Part shown: in pieces, positions 22,793 to 34,328 of the stretch | How the letters are laid out: every line of letters starts with the position of its first letter | Numbering within the stretch: the stretch's first letter is position 1 | From: Chthoniobacteraceae bacterium | Lineage (GTDB): Bacteria; Verrucomicrobiota; Verrucomicrobiia; Chthoniobacterales; Chthoniobacteraceae | Length of the DNA: 38,925 bases | Direction of reading: 5' to 3' | NCBI GenBank assembly: GCA_040081625.1 | Contig: JBEBGD010000047.1 | Location: 1-38,925 of the forward strand | The notes under the pieces: generated by a model | Told to the model about the DNA's origin: nothing | The model's input: the letters and a program-made list of their open reading frames with translations, nothing else | The model's database searches: none | Translations under genes and position numbers: made by a program

Positions 22793-25700
22793 CTACGGCA
22801 CCTGGATCGAAAGCACGGCTTGCGAACGATCGGGAAATTGCACCAGCGCCGCCACGCGCCCGGCGGCGTCGTAGCCGCGCGCGGCACCCACCGAACCGGG
22901 GGCGGGCTTCAGCGCGACGAAGGTGCGGACCGACTTGCGCACGGAGCCCGGTCCCGCGGATTCCACGAGATCGCCCGCGCGCAGGATGCGGCGCAAGTTG
23001 CCGCTGCTATCGACCGCATAGAGCGCGGCGCGATTGCGCGCCGTCACGCCGTCGCGTCCGCTGATCCGCAGGAGCGCCGAGACAAGCGCGCCGTAGCCGG
23101 TGCCGTCAGGCTTCGCCACCGAGACGAAGCGATCGAAGCGTCCGCCGCCGGGTGCATTTTCGCCGCGCCGCGCGATGGACCGAAGCTGGCCGTCCTGCCC
23201 GGCGTCGAAGACCGTCTCTCTCGACGCGTTGGTGCTCACGACGGTGGAGGCGCGACCGAGTCCGGCGAGGACGTTCAGGAAGCGTTGAAAGTTCGACTGC
23301 GCGGGCGCGGGTCCGGCGAGTTGCGCGAGCAGCCGCAGCGTAGGCGGGCCGCCGGCCGCGATGCCCTGCGCGTCGAAGATGGCGCGATTGTTTCGTCTTG
23401 TGATGCCGCCTTCGCCGAGCCGCAGCAGCGAGTCGAAGACCGTGGCATCCGGGGCGTATGCGGGAAGCCGGAAGCTGCGCAGCTTCGCGCCGGCGAGCGC
23501 GGGCGCCGCATCGTCGCCGCTCTGCGCGATGAGCAGCCAATCGTCCGGGTCAACTGCGGTCGCGGGGATGAGGTAGAGCGCCTGCGTGCCGTCGGTGAAA
23601 GTCAGCCGCACGCCAAGCGAGAGCGCGCCCCCGCGCCAACGGCCCTCCGCGAGCGTGCGCGCCTGGCCGACGAGCGTCGCGACAGTGCGGACGGTGCGCG
23701 TCCCGACGAGTTGGCCCTTGCGCACGAGCATGCGAAACCCGACGGGCGGCGGCCCGGCGGCGAAGACCGCCACGGCGAGACGGCCGCCGGCCATCCGGCC
23801 CTTGAGGGTGCCGAGAAAGAATGTGACCGGGCCATTGCCATCGACGGAGATGAAGCTGCCGAGTTGATCGTCCGGCGCATTCGGGATTGCCTGGCCTTCA
23901 CGCACGATCGCCTGCGGCTCGCCCGTCATCAGGCCGGTGAAGAGCACCTGGTCGTTTGCCGCGGTCACATCGTTTTCGCGCTTGAGCGTGACGACCGCGG
24001 CGTCGCCGATGGGGGCTCGAAAACGCGCGATCGCCGCCACATCCGCGCCGCCCGCGGGATCGACTGGCACGACTTGCTCCGCCCGCAAAAGCACCGCGCC
24101 ATCGTTGCCGAAGACCGCATTGAGCCGGCGTCCGGCCGCCGTGATGATGCTGCCGCGCGCGGTGGTGAGATCGGGGTTGGCGAAGCCGGCGAACTGCACT
24201 CGTCCGGGCACGTCGGGCGCGACGGTGCTGTCGCCGGTGCTGAGAAGCGTGCGCGTAATCGCACCAAACTTCGCAACCTGTTCGACCAGGCCGGAACTGC
24301 CGTTCGCAAAGCCGCCGGGCGCGCGTCCGCGCGCACGCAGCAATCCCGTCGTCGGCAACGTGATGCCGGTGAGCTGCCAGTCCGGCGTCGTGCCGAGGCG
24401 CGACCCGGGACCGAGCAGTTGCCACGTCGCGCCATCGTCGATGCTGACCTCAAACGTCACGTGAGTCACTTCCGGCGCCGCGCCGCTGCGCGTCCAGCGC
24501 ACCTGCGTGGCGTCGGATGCCGCGAGCGTTTGCCCGAAGGGATCGTTGAAGACGCGCGCGAAAAACGTGCGCGGCATGAGCGGCGCACCGTTCGGCTGGA
24601 GCAGGCTGAAGACGCCGCCGAGCAGCATTCGGCCATCGCCTTGCAACGTCACGCCGAAGATCCGCGAATCCGCATTCGGATCAAAAGCGGGATCGAGCGA
24701 GCCGTCGGCGTTGAGCCGCGCGATGTGATTGCGCGTCGTCGGCGAGGCCGCGCCATTCGGCTGGAGCGTGAGGAACGAGCCGCCGATAACGATGCGCGCG
24801 TCGGCCTGGATCGCGACGCTCGCAACACGCGCACCGGCATTCGGATCGAAGCCGGTGTCGAGCGTGCCGTCGGCGTTCACGCGGGCGATGAAGTTGCGCG
24901 GTGTGCTGGACGGGGCGCCGTTCGGCTGGAGCGTGGTGAAGTCGCCCGCCAGCAGGATGCGCCCATCGGCTTGCACCGCCATGCCCAGCACGACGTCGTT
25001 CGCGCCCGGGTCGAACGCACTGTCGAGTGCGCCGTCGCTGTTGACGCGTGCGATGTAGCTTCGCGGCGTCGGCGTGGGCGCGCCGTTCGGCTGCACCGAG
25101 GTGAAGGCGCCGCTGAAGACGATGCGCCCGTCGGCTTGCAACGCGATGCCGGTCACGTTCGAGGCGCGCGGATCGAAGAGCGTGTCGAGCGTGCCATCCC
25201 GGTTGACGCGCGCGATGCCGAGGCGCGCGGTGGGCGCGGTCGCGCCGTTCGGCTGGAGCGTGGTGAATTCACCGCCGAGCAGCACGCGCCCGTCCGGCTG
25301 CACGACGATCGCGGTGACGCCCGAGTCGGGCTTCGGATCGAACGCCGCGTCGAGCGTTCCATCCGCATTGACCCGCGCGACGCGGCTGCGGGCGATGGGC
25401 GACGGGGCGCCGTTCGGCTGGAGCGTCGTGAAGTTGCCGCCGAGCAGCACTTTTCCATCCTCCTGCACCGCGAGGCAGGCGACGAGGCCGTTCACGTTCG
25501 GATCGAAGGTGGCGTCGAGCGTGCCGTCGGCGTTGAGCCGCGCGATGTTGTTGCGCGTCACGCCGCGCACCGACGTGAACTCGCCCGCGATGATCACTTT
25601 TCCATCCGGCTGCGGCACCGCGGCGTAAACATCCGCGCCCGCCACCGCCGCGTCGAGCGGGTCGAGATCGCCCGCGGCGAGGCCTTGATAGCGCAGCACG

Positions 25701-26911
25701 GCGAAGTCGTAGTCGGAGAGCGTCGCCGCGGAGTATCCTGCGACGACGACACGGCCATCGCTCTGGACCGCCACCGCTCCGCCTTGATCGTCGAGCCCGG
25801 ACGGCTGCGTGATGACGATGCCGCCGCTGCCGAAACCCGCATCGAGCACGCCGCCGCTCGTGTAGCGCACGAGTCCGATGTCGAAGTTCGAGCCGTTGTC
25901 CGTAAAGCCGGTGGCAAAAATCCGGCCATCCGCGCTCACCGCCACGCCGTCGGCGCTGTCGAAGCTGCCGAGGTCCGTGGCAACAAAGCCGCCACCGCCG
26001 CCGAAGGTGGAATCGACCGTGCCGTCGTTGTCGTAGCGTGCGACGAAGAAATCGCTGCCCGGCACGACCCTCTGGCCGGAGACCAAGATCTTCCCATCGC
26101 GCTGCAAGGTAAGATCGCGCGCTGCCGCGCTCGTGCCGATCGAACGAAGCATGAACCCCGCGCCACCACCGAAGCCCGGATCTAAGCCTCCGACCGAGGT
26201 GAAGCGCGCCACGACGATTTGCAGGCTCGCGTTGCCAGTGACGACGATGAGGCCGTCGTCTTGCACGGCGACGCTTGCGGCTTGATCCGCGCCGAAGAAG
26301 TTCGCGGTCACGATGCCGGTTGAGTTGAAGGTGGCGTCGAGCGTGCCGTCGGTGTGGTAGCGCACGAGAGCGAGGTCGCGATCCGGGCCGCCTTCCGACC
26401 AGCCGGCGACGACGATCTTCCCGTCGCTCTGCAAGGCAACGCCCAGCGCCCGGCTGTTCGTGCCGACCGCGGTCATCACCTTGCCGCCGACGCCAAACGT
26501 CAGGTCGAGCGTCCCCGCGCTCGTGTAGCGCGCCACCGCGAAGTTGTCGCCGGTGCCGGTCTCGGCGTGGCCGGCGACGATCACTTTGCCATCGCTCTGC
26601 ACCGCCACACTCGAGCCCGCATCGAGTCCTCCCGCAAAGTCCGTCGTCACCACCCCGAACGCGGGATCGAGCACGCCGCCACTCGTGTAACGGGCCACCG
26701 CGAAATCGCCGCCAGGGAACGTGAGCGTCTCGCCGGCGACCACGATGGCCCCGTCCTTCTGCAGCGCGACATCGCGCACCCGATCGATGCCGGTGGTGAT
26801 CGAGGTCTTCACGACGCCGGCACTGCCGAAGAACGGATCGAGATCACCGGGGGCTGCCAGGCCATTTGAATAGCACACGGCGCTGATCACGAGCAGGAGT
26901 AGGAACTTCAT
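22793..26911 (-). CDS. Large secreted delta-60 repeat (beta-propeller) protein
   Basis: Signal peptide MKFLLLL...AAPGDLDP; 14 repeats of the VA.Q.DG.I.V.G...ARY/LN.DG.LD.TF type; additional C-terminal domain. Confidence 0.9.
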   Translation of the reverse strand: MKFLLLLVISAVCYSNGLAAPGDLDPFFGSAGVVKTSITTGIDRVRDVALQKDGAIVVAGETLTFPGGDFAVARYTSGGVLDPAFGVVTTDFAGGLDAGSSVAVQSDGKVIVAGHAETGTGDNFAVARYTSAGTLDLTFGVGGKVMTAVGTNSRALGVALQSDGKIVVAGWSEGGPDRDLALVRYHTDGTLDATFNSTGIVTANFFGADQAASVAVQDDGLIVVTGNASLQIVVARFTSVGGLDPGFGGGAGFMLRSIGTSAAARDLTLQRDGKILVSGQRVVPGSDFFVARYDNDGTVDSTFGGGGGFVATDLGSFDSADGVAVSADGRIFATGFTDNGSNFDIGLVRYTSGGVLDAGFGSGGIVITQPSGLDDQGGAVAVQSDGRVVVAGYSAATLSDYDFAVLRYQGLAAGDLDPLDAAVAGADVYAAVPQPDGKVIIAGEFTSVRGVTRNNIARLNADGTLDATFDPNVNGLVACLAVQEDGKVLLGGNFTTLQPNGAPSPIARSRVARVNADGTLDAAFDPKPDSGVTAIVVQPDGRVLLGGEFTTLQPNGATAPTARLGIARVNRDGTLDTLFDPRASNVTGIALQADGRIVFSGAFTSVQPNGAPTPTPRSYIARVNSDGALDSAFDPGANDVVLGMAVQADGRILLAGDFTTLQPNGAPSSTPRNFIARVNADGTLDTGFDPNAGARVASVAIQADARIVIGGSFLTLQPNGAASPTTRNHIARLNADGSLDPAFDPNADSRIFGVTLQGDGRMLLGGVFSLLQPNGAPLMPRTFFARVFNDPFGQTLAASDATQVRWTRSGAAPEVTHVTFEVSIDDGATWQLLGPGSRLGTTPDWQLTGITLPTTGLLRARGRAPGGFANGSSGLVEQVAKFGAITRTLLSTGDSTVAPDVPGRVQFAGFANPDLTTARGSIITAAGRRLNAVFGNDGAVLLRAEQVVPVDPAGGADVAAIARFRAPIGDAAVVTLKRENDVTAANDQVLFTGLMTGEPQAIVREGQAIPNAPDDQLGSFISVDGNGPVTFFLGTLKGRMAGGRLAVAVFAAGPPPVGFRMLVRKGQLVGTRTVRTVATLVGQARTLAEGRWRGGALSLGVRLTFTDGTQALYLIPATAVDPDDWLLIAQSGDDAAPALAGAKLRSFRLPAYAPDATVFDSLLRLGEGGITRRNNRAIFDAQGIAAGGPPTLRLLAQLAGPAPAQSNFQRFLNVLAGLGRASTVVSTNASRETVFDAGQDGQLRSIARRGENAPGGGRFDRFVSVAKPDGTGYGALVSALLRISGRDGVTARNRAALYAVDSSGNLRRILRAGDLVESAGPGSVRKSVRTFVALKPAPGSVGAARGYDAAGRVAALVQFPDRSQAVLSIQVP

Positions 26912-27046
26912 GGCGAACCGACCCACGCATCCGTGCTTCCGAGGGTTTGTCAAACCGACGGAGCGAGACATGTTCGCGCGTCGCGTTAAGTCGTTAAGCA
27001 GCCGCTCTCTCGCCGCGCTGAAAAAAGTGCGTGTCGTGCAGTTCTC

Positions 27047-28342
27047 TCAGGCGCCACGCCGCGCGCGCCACGTGTCGAGCAGCACGGCGCCGAGGATGAC
27101 GAGGCCGAGCACGACCTTCTGCGTGTAGCTCTCGACGTTGGTGAGGTTCATGCCGTTCTGGATCACCGCGATGGTGAAAGCACCGACGAGTGTGCCGAAC
27201 ATGCGCCCCGAGCCGCCGGAGAGACTCGCGCCGCCGACGACGACTGCGGCGATGACGTAAAGTTCATACATTTGACCGTAGCTCGGAGCGCCGCTCTTGA
27301 GCTGCGAGGCCATGATGACGCCGCCGAGTCCCGCGAGCAGGCCGGAGACGGTGTAAGTAAAGAGCTGCACGCGCGCGACGCGGATGCCGGAGAGACGCGC
27401 CGCTTCCAGATTCCCGCCGACGGCGTAGATGTAACGGCCCAGCGGCATGCGCGACATGAGCACATGCGCGAGCGCGTAGAGCAGCGCCATGAGCACGACG
27501 GCGTTCGGGATTCCGAACAAGTCCGCGCCGCGGCCGAGCCACACGAAGGAGTCGGGCACTTGATAGACCGACTGCCCGAGCGTGAGCAGATAGGCGCTGC
27601 CGCTTGCGACGAGCATCATCGCCAGCGTGACGATGAACGGCGGCAGCTTGAACACCGTGACCATCGTGCCGGAGATCGCACCGGCACCGCCGCACACGAG
27701 GATCGCGGCGAGGCAAGCGAGCGTCATCCCGAGCGGGCCGGCATTCAGCGAGCCGGCGCTGTCGCGGATCAGCAGCGTGGAAATGACCGCGGCGAGCGCG
27801 ATGAGGCTGCCGACGGAGAGATCGATCCCGCCCGCGATGATCACCATCGTCATGCCCACCGCGACGATCGCGATGACGGCGATCTGGTTGGTGATGTTGA
27901 GGAGATTGTCGGCCTTGAGGAAATTTGGCCAGCGATACGCGCGCGACTTCACCACGCGCGGCGAGCCGAGCGCGGGAGGCAGATCGGAGAAGACGAGCCA
28001 CTGCGCGCTCGCGGGCGAGCAGGCGATCGCGTCGAGCCTGCCGCTGACTGCGTTCAACGCGGTGCGCGCGGCCTTTGGATCGCCCTTCACGATGGCGACG
28101 ACTTCCACGCCGCGCGCTTTCAACTCAGCCGCGAGCCGATCGGCAAACGCGGCATCCTCCGCTTGGTCGCGGACGGCGATCAGCACGCGCCCGCTGAGAT
28201 CGGCGGCGAGTTTTCGCGCGGCGGCTTCGCTGGTCGGGTGTTGCTCGCTGAGAGTGACCACGCTGAAGAACGCACACAGCAGCAGGAGCACGAAGACCAT
28301 TCCGTAGTCGGCGAGCAGGCGGGCGATGGCGGGGCGGTTCAT
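27047..28342 (-). CDS. Sugar ABC transporter permease (RbsC-like) with an inserted soluble domain
   Basis: GGIDLSVGS, LPPFIVTLA, GRYIYAVGGNLEAARLSGI, YELYVIAAVVVGGASLSGG; ATG at 28342. Confidence 0.92.
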   Translation of the reverse strand: MNRPAIARLLADYGMVFVLLLLCAFFSVVTLSEQHPTSEAAARKLAADLSGRVLIAVRDQAEDAAFADRLAAELKARGVEVVAIVKGDPKAARTALNAVSGRLDAIACSPASAQWLVFSDLPPALGSPRVVKSRAYRWPNFLKADNLLNITNQIAVIAIVAVGMTMVIIAGGIDLSVGSLIALAAVISTLLIRDSAGSLNAGPLGMTLACLAAILVCGGAGAISGTMVTVFKLPPFIVTLAMMLVASGSAYLLTLGQSVYQVPDSFVWLGRGADLFGIPNAVVLMALLYALAHVLMSRMPLGRYIYAVGGNLEAARLSGIRVARVQLFTYTVSGLLAGLGGVIMASQLKSGAPSYGQMYELYVIAAVVVGGASLSGGSGRMFGTLVGAFTIAVIQNGMNLTNVESYTQKVVLGLVILGAVLLDTWRARRGA

Positions 28343-28424
28343 GCGCGCGCGGTTGATGATCGACTTGCTGGCGCACTGCAAGCGCGGCGTGACAGCGGGC
28401 CTCGTGATCGCGCACCCTCGCCCC

Positions 28425-29750
28425 ATGCAGTCCACCTCCCGCCGCCGTTTCCTCAGCCGCACCTTCTTCGCCTCCACGACGCTTGCCTTCACGCGCGCAC
28501 GGGCGGCGGAGTGGCGCACGGGGAATGATGTGATCGACCGCGCACGCGAGGTGGCGCTCGGCATCCTCAAGCCGACGCCCGCGCAGCTCGAACGCGCGCT
28601 CGAACTGCACAAGGCGTCGCTCGTTTTCGATTCGTATGGCTTCGCGCCGCGCGCGGCGATCGACGCGGAGCGGATCAACGAAGCCGTGCAGACCGGCGCG
28701 AGCGCGGGCGAACTGGGCGACCTGCGCGAGGAACTTTCGATGACGCGCATGGCGACCGACGCGCGCGAGCGGAAGGAGTTTCTCGACGCCTTCCACGCCG
28801 CGGGTGTGACCTGCATTTTCCAAAACGCGGGCGAGGAGGGGAGTGATCCGATGCGCCTGATCAAGCGGCTCGCGCGTTTCACCTACGCGACCGACCTGCT
28901 GCGCCCGGAGCTGTCGAAGGCCGTGCGTCCCGACGACATCGAGGCGGCGAAGCGCGCGGGAAAGCTCTGCCTTTATCTCACCGGAAACGGCGTGCCGCTG
29001 CCGCAGCGGTGGGAAAGCACGCGCGATGAACTCGGCTTCATCCGCATCTTTCACCAGCTCGGCATCCGCATGATGCACCTCACTTACAACCGCCGGAATC
29101 CGATCGGCGACGGCGCGGGCGAGCCGCACGATGGCGGCTTGAGCGACTTCGGCCACGCGGTTGTCACGGAGATGAACCGGCTCGGCGTGATCGTCGATGT
29201 CGCGCACTCCGGCTGGAAGACCGCGCTCGACGGGGCGAAGGCTTCGCGCAAGCCGATGGTGGCGAGTCACACGACCGCGGCGGGGCTCTACCGGCATTTC
29301 CGCGGGAAGCCCGACGATGCGATCCGCGCGATCTGCGACACCGGCGGGCTCGTGGGGATGTGCTGCATCCCGCGTTTCCTCGGTGGGAAAGGGGACATTG
29401 GCGCGCTGCTTGATCACATCGATTACGTCGCGAAAAAATTCGGCGTGGAGCACGTCGCCATCGGCACGGATGTCTCCTACGTGTCGCGCTTCGAGAAAGA
29501 GGAGCGCGCGAAGATCAAGCGTCGCGCCGATGGCAGTATGCCGCTCGGCACATCTGCGCGATGGGAGCACTTGTGGCCGAAGGATGATTTTCAGACCACG
29601 CCCGAAATGGATCAAAGTGTCGCGTGGACGAACTGGCCGCTCTTCACCACCGGCCTCGTGCAGCGCGGCTACTCCGACGACGACATCCGAAAGATCGTCG
29701 GCGGAAATGTGATGCGGGTCGCGCGCGCGAACTTCGACGGCTTCGCCTAA
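28425..29750 (+). CDS. Tat-exported membrane dipeptidase (M19)-like protein
   Basis: SRRRFL Tat motif; LGIRMMHLTYN, GLSDFG, MNRLGVIVDVAHS, ASHT, HVAIGTD. Confidence 0.85.
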   Translation: MQSTSRRRFLSRTFFASTTLAFTRARAAEWRTGNDVIDRAREVALGILKPTPAQLERALELHKASLVFDSYGFAPRAAIDAERINEAVQTGASAGELGDLREELSMTRMATDARERKEFLDAFHAAGVTCIFQNAGEEGSDPMRLIKRLARFTYATDLLRPELSKAVRPDDIEAAKRAGKLCLYLTGNGVPLPQRWESTRDELGFIRIFHQLGIRMMHLTYNRRNPIGDGAGEPHDGGLSDFGHAVVTEMNRLGVIVDVAHSGWKTALDGAKASRKPMVASHTTAAGLYRHFRGKPDDAIRAICDTGGLVGMCCIPRFLGGKGDIGALLDHIDYVAKKFGVEHVAIGTDVSYVSRFEKEERAKIKRRADGSMPLGTSARWEHLWPKDDFQTTPEMDQSVAWTNWPLFTTGLVQRGYSDDDIRKIVGGNVMRVARANFDGFA

Positions 29751-29785
29751 TGCCGCCCGCTGGCGCAGGTTGAACTCGCACCTCT

Positions 29786-31198
29786 ATGCGACACCTCCGC
29801 TCCCTCCTCCCGATCCTCGCACTCTCCCTCGCCGCGCACGCCGCCGAGCCGCCCAAGGGATTCACCGCGCTCTTCAACGGCAAGGATCTCTCCGGCTGGT
29901 ATGGCTGGGGCACGCAGGATCCGACCGACCTGTGGAAGATGTCGCCCGCCGAGCAGGCGGACTATAAAAAGAAGTCCGTCGAGGGCGGACTACTCGACAA
30001 GAAAGGCAATCCGGGGACCGATCACGTCAACGCGCACTGGCGCGTCGAGAACGGTGAACTCGTGAATGACGGCAAGGGCCTCTACCTCACGACGGGCAAG
30101 GACTACGGCGACTTCGAGCTGTGGCTAGAATACAAGGCGCTGCCGAAAGGCGACAGCGGCGTCTATCTGCGCGGCATCCCGCAGGTGCAGATCTGGGATC
30201 CGGCGGAAGACGATCCGAAGGGACTCGGTCGCGCGCTGGGTTCCGGCGGACTTTGGAACAACAGCAAGGGCGCGCCCGGCAAGGATCCATCGAAGAAAAT
30301 GGATAAGCCGCTCGGTGAATGGAATCAGTTCAAGATCACGATGATCGGCGAGCGCGTGACGATCGTCTTCAATGGCGAGAAGGTCGTGGACAACGCGGTG
30401 CTCGAGAACTTCTTCGCGAACAAGAAGGCCGGCTACCTCGCCTACGGCGACTCGAAGGACAAGGCGCCCGAGCCCGGCACCGACCCGAACGCGATCCGCG
30501 ATCCCGCCTTTCAAAAAGGACCGATCCAGCTCCAGACCCACGGCAGCGAGATTCGGTGGCGCAATGTTTTCATCCGCGAGATCCCGGCGGAGGACGCGAA
30601 CAAGGCGCTCGCCGCCGATGGCGACAAGGGCTTCACCCGGCTCGACAATGGCAAGGACCTCAGCAACTGGCAGGGCGCGGTGGAGAACTACGAGATGAAG
30701 GACGGCGCGATCCACTGCAAGGCTGGCAAAGGCGGCGACCTGCTGAGCAAGGAGGAATACGGCGACATGATCTTGCGCTTCGAGTTCAAGCTGCCGCCCG
30801 GCGGCAACAACGGCATCGCACTGCGCGCGCCGCTCGGCGGCCGTTCGTCAGCCGACGGGCTCGAGATTCAGGTCATCGATAATGACGGTTACAACGCGAA
30901 GGCCAAGAAACCCCTCGAGCCCTACCAGTATCATGGCTCGATCTACTACTGCGTCGGCGCGAAGCCCGGCTTTCTGCGTCCTCCTGGCGAGTGGAACCAC
31001 GAGGAGATCGAGGTGCGCGGACAACGGATCACCGTGACGCTCAACGGCACGAGGATCCTCGATGCCGATCTCGACAAGATCGACCGCAGCAAGCTCCCGA
31101 AAGTGCCGGGAGGGCTGGACCGGAAATCCGGCCACATCGGCTTCGCGGGCCACAACGACCCCGTCGCGTTCCGCAACTTCCGCGTGAAGCGGCTATAG
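29786..31198 (+). CDS. Tandem DUF1080 (3-keto-glycoside hydrolase-like) secreted protein
   Basis: Signal peptide; two domains each with LFNGKDLSGW/LDNGKDLSNW, YGD, DSG/NNG, GEWN, GPIQLQTHG/GHIGFAGH, WRN/FRN. Confidence 0.92.
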   Translation: MRHLRSLLPILALSLAAHAAEPPKGFTALFNGKDLSGWYGWGTQDPTDLWKMSPAEQADYKKKSVEGGLLDKKGNPGTDHVNAHWRVENGELVNDGKGLYLTTGKDYGDFELWLEYKALPKGDSGVYLRGIPQVQIWDPAEDDPKGLGRALGSGGLWNNSKGAPGKDPSKKMDKPLGEWNQFKITMIGERVTIVFNGEKVVDNAVLENFFANKKAGYLAYGDSKDKAPEPGTDPNAIRDPAFQKGPIQLQTHGSEIRWRNVFIREIPAEDANKALAADGDKGFTRLDNGKDLSNWQGAVENYEMKDGAIHCKAGKGGDLLSKEEYGDMILRFEFKLPPGGNNGIALRAPLGGRSSADGLEIQVIDNDGYNAKAKKPLEPYQYHGSIYYCVGAKPGFLRPPGEWNHEEIEVRGQRITVTLNGTRILDADLDKIDRSKLPKVPGGLDRKSGHIGFAGHNDPVAFRNFRVKRL

Positions 31199-32365
31199 TC
31201 GCGCGAGCGGATTATCGCGCGTCTTTAGCGGCAGCGTCACGCGCGCGCCTCCGAGTCGGTGCGACTCGAAGATGCCGCTGATCACTTCCACGATCGCGCG
31301 TCCGTCCTCCGCGCTGCACAACGGCGCGCGCCGGCCTTCGATCGATCCGATCAGGTCGCGCGCGACGAGCACATGATTGACGACCTGCTCCCGTAGTTTG
31401 GGAATCGCCTCCGGCACGCCCGGGCCGCCGGAGCTGATCGGCGTCCATGCGCGCGGTTCCTTCCCCGGCGCGAACGGACTACCCGACACGAGGAAGGCGA
31501 GCGGGTCGCCATCGGCGCGGATGTGGATGAATCCTTCGTTGCCGACGAGCTGCACGCCGAAGCCCGCCGACGCGACGCCCGCCTTCGCGATGGAGTCGAA
31601 ATAGATCGGCACACCGCTTTCGGTGTCGATTCGTGCATGCAGTTCGTTCCCCGCGAGCGGGCCGAGCCCTTCGTCGCCGTCGCGCACATCGGCCTTCGTC
31701 ACGAGCCTGCCACCCTGGAGCAGCGTGCCGGAGCAGGCGCGCGGCGGTCCGGAGAAAACGAAGGCCACGTTCAGCAGATGCGAGCCGAGCACCCACAGGT
31801 CGAGCGCGCCGCCGCGCTGGTCTTCCTTTCCGCGCGCGCGGATCTCGAGCAGCCGCCCGATCGCGCCCGCCTCGACGAGATTGGTGATCTCCGGCAGCAC
31901 CGGGTGATACCGGTTGCGATGCGCGATCGCGATCCGCGCGCCCGTCTTCTCCGCCGCGGCGATCACCTCATCCGCATCGGCGAGCGTGCGGACGAAGGGC
32001 TTCTCCACATAGATGCCGCGCGCGCCGCTCTCGATCGCAGCGAGCAGCATCTCGCGATGCTGATCCACATGCCGCGGCCCGATCGCCACGAGTTCCGGCT
32101 TCGCTTCGCGCAGCATCGCGCGGTAGTCGGCGAAGCCGGGCGCATCCTTCAGTTTCTTGCGCGCCGCTGCGAGTCCGGCGGCGTCAGCGTCGGCGATCGC
32201 GATGATCTCCGTCTCCGGCACATGCAGCCACATCGTGTCGAGCCCGTGACCGTAGCCGCCGCGCCCGGTGTGGCCGATGACGCCGACACGCCATTTCTTT
32301 TCGGCCTGCGCGGCGAAGGCGGATGCAGCGAGAGCGGAGGTGGCGAGGAAGCGTCGGCGGTTCAT
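31193..32365 (-). CDS. Tat-exported Gfo/Idh/MocA oxidoreductase
   Basis: MNRRRFL, VGVIGHTGRGGYG, IYVEKP, DLWVLGSH; ATG at 32365. Confidence 0.92.
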   Translation of the reverse strand: MNRRRFLATSALAASAFAAQAEKKWRVGVIGHTGRGGYGHGLDTMWLHVPETEIIAIADADAAGLAAARKKLKDAPGFADYRAMLREAKPELVAIGPRHVDQHREMLLAAIESGARGIYVEKPFVRTLADADEVIAAAEKTGARIAIAHRNRYHPVLPEITNLVEAGAIGRLLEIRARGKEDQRGGALDLWVLGSHLLNVAFVFSGPPRACSGTLLQGGRLVTKADVRDGDEGLGPLAGNELHARIDTESGVPIYFDSIAKAGVASAGFGVQLVGNEGFIHIRADGDPLAFLVSGSPFAPGKEPRAWTPISSGGPGVPEAIPKLREQVVNHVLVARDLIGSIEGRRAPLCSAEDGRAIVEVISGIFESHRLGGARVTLPLKTRDNPLARL

Positions 32366-32462
32366 GCGGAGTGGAGCGCGTTTGTGACAGCGAGCGCTTG
32401 CGACCGCAAGCCGCAGTGAAGGGGTGAGCAAGGAGCTCGACGGAACCGCCGAAGTCGTTTTG

Positions 32463-32885
32463 CTATACGCCCCGGCGGCGCCGCTTCACGTGGAGCTGCG
32501 CGAGCGACTTCGCCAGCGCCGCCTGCACGGCGGCGGACTCCTCGCTGCCCAGCTCGTGCGCGCCCTTGAGCGCCTCCTCGGCGCGCTTCACCGCGGCCTC
32601 CGCCGCGGATTCATCGATCGCCTTCTCCTCGATCGCCATGTCCACGAGCACGTTCACGCTATCCTGCGTCACCTCCACGAACCCCTCGCCGACGGCGAGG
32701 TGCGAGGTCTGCCCGCCCTTGGTCACCACCAGCTCGCCCGGCACGATCTGCGTCATCAGCGGAACGTGCATCGGATACACGCCGAACTCCCCTTCGATGC
32801 CCGGCAGTTGGACGAATTCTACGTCCTCGCTGTAGGCTTTCGCGTCGGGTGTGACGATCTCGAGGCGGAGTGTGGCGGCGGCCAT
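32463..32885 (-). CDS. atpC: ATP synthase epsilon subunit
   Basis: LEIVTPD, LPGIEGEFGVYPMHVP, GEGFVEV. Confidence 0.96.
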   Translation of the reverse strand: MAAATLRLEIVTPDAKAYSEDVEFVQLPGIEGEFGVYPMHVPLMTQIVPGELVVTKGGQTSHLAVGEGFVEVTQDSVNVLVDMAIEEKAIDESAAEAAVKRAEEALKGAHELGSEESAAVQAALAKSLAQLHVKRRRRGV

Positions 32886-32894
32886 GGTGATAGC

Positions 32895-34328
<1,434 letters not shown>

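Noticed and set aside
24550..25500. Recurrent gccgttcggctggagcgt DNA repeats as a CRISPR-like array
   Set aside because: They are coding repeats (TLQPNGA) of the delta-60 protein, degenerate at synonymous sites, with no cas genes.
22562..26185. 1207-aa plus-strand ORF
   Set aside because: Antisense shadow of the delta-60 gene; Arg/Ala-rich with no motifs, as expected at high GC.
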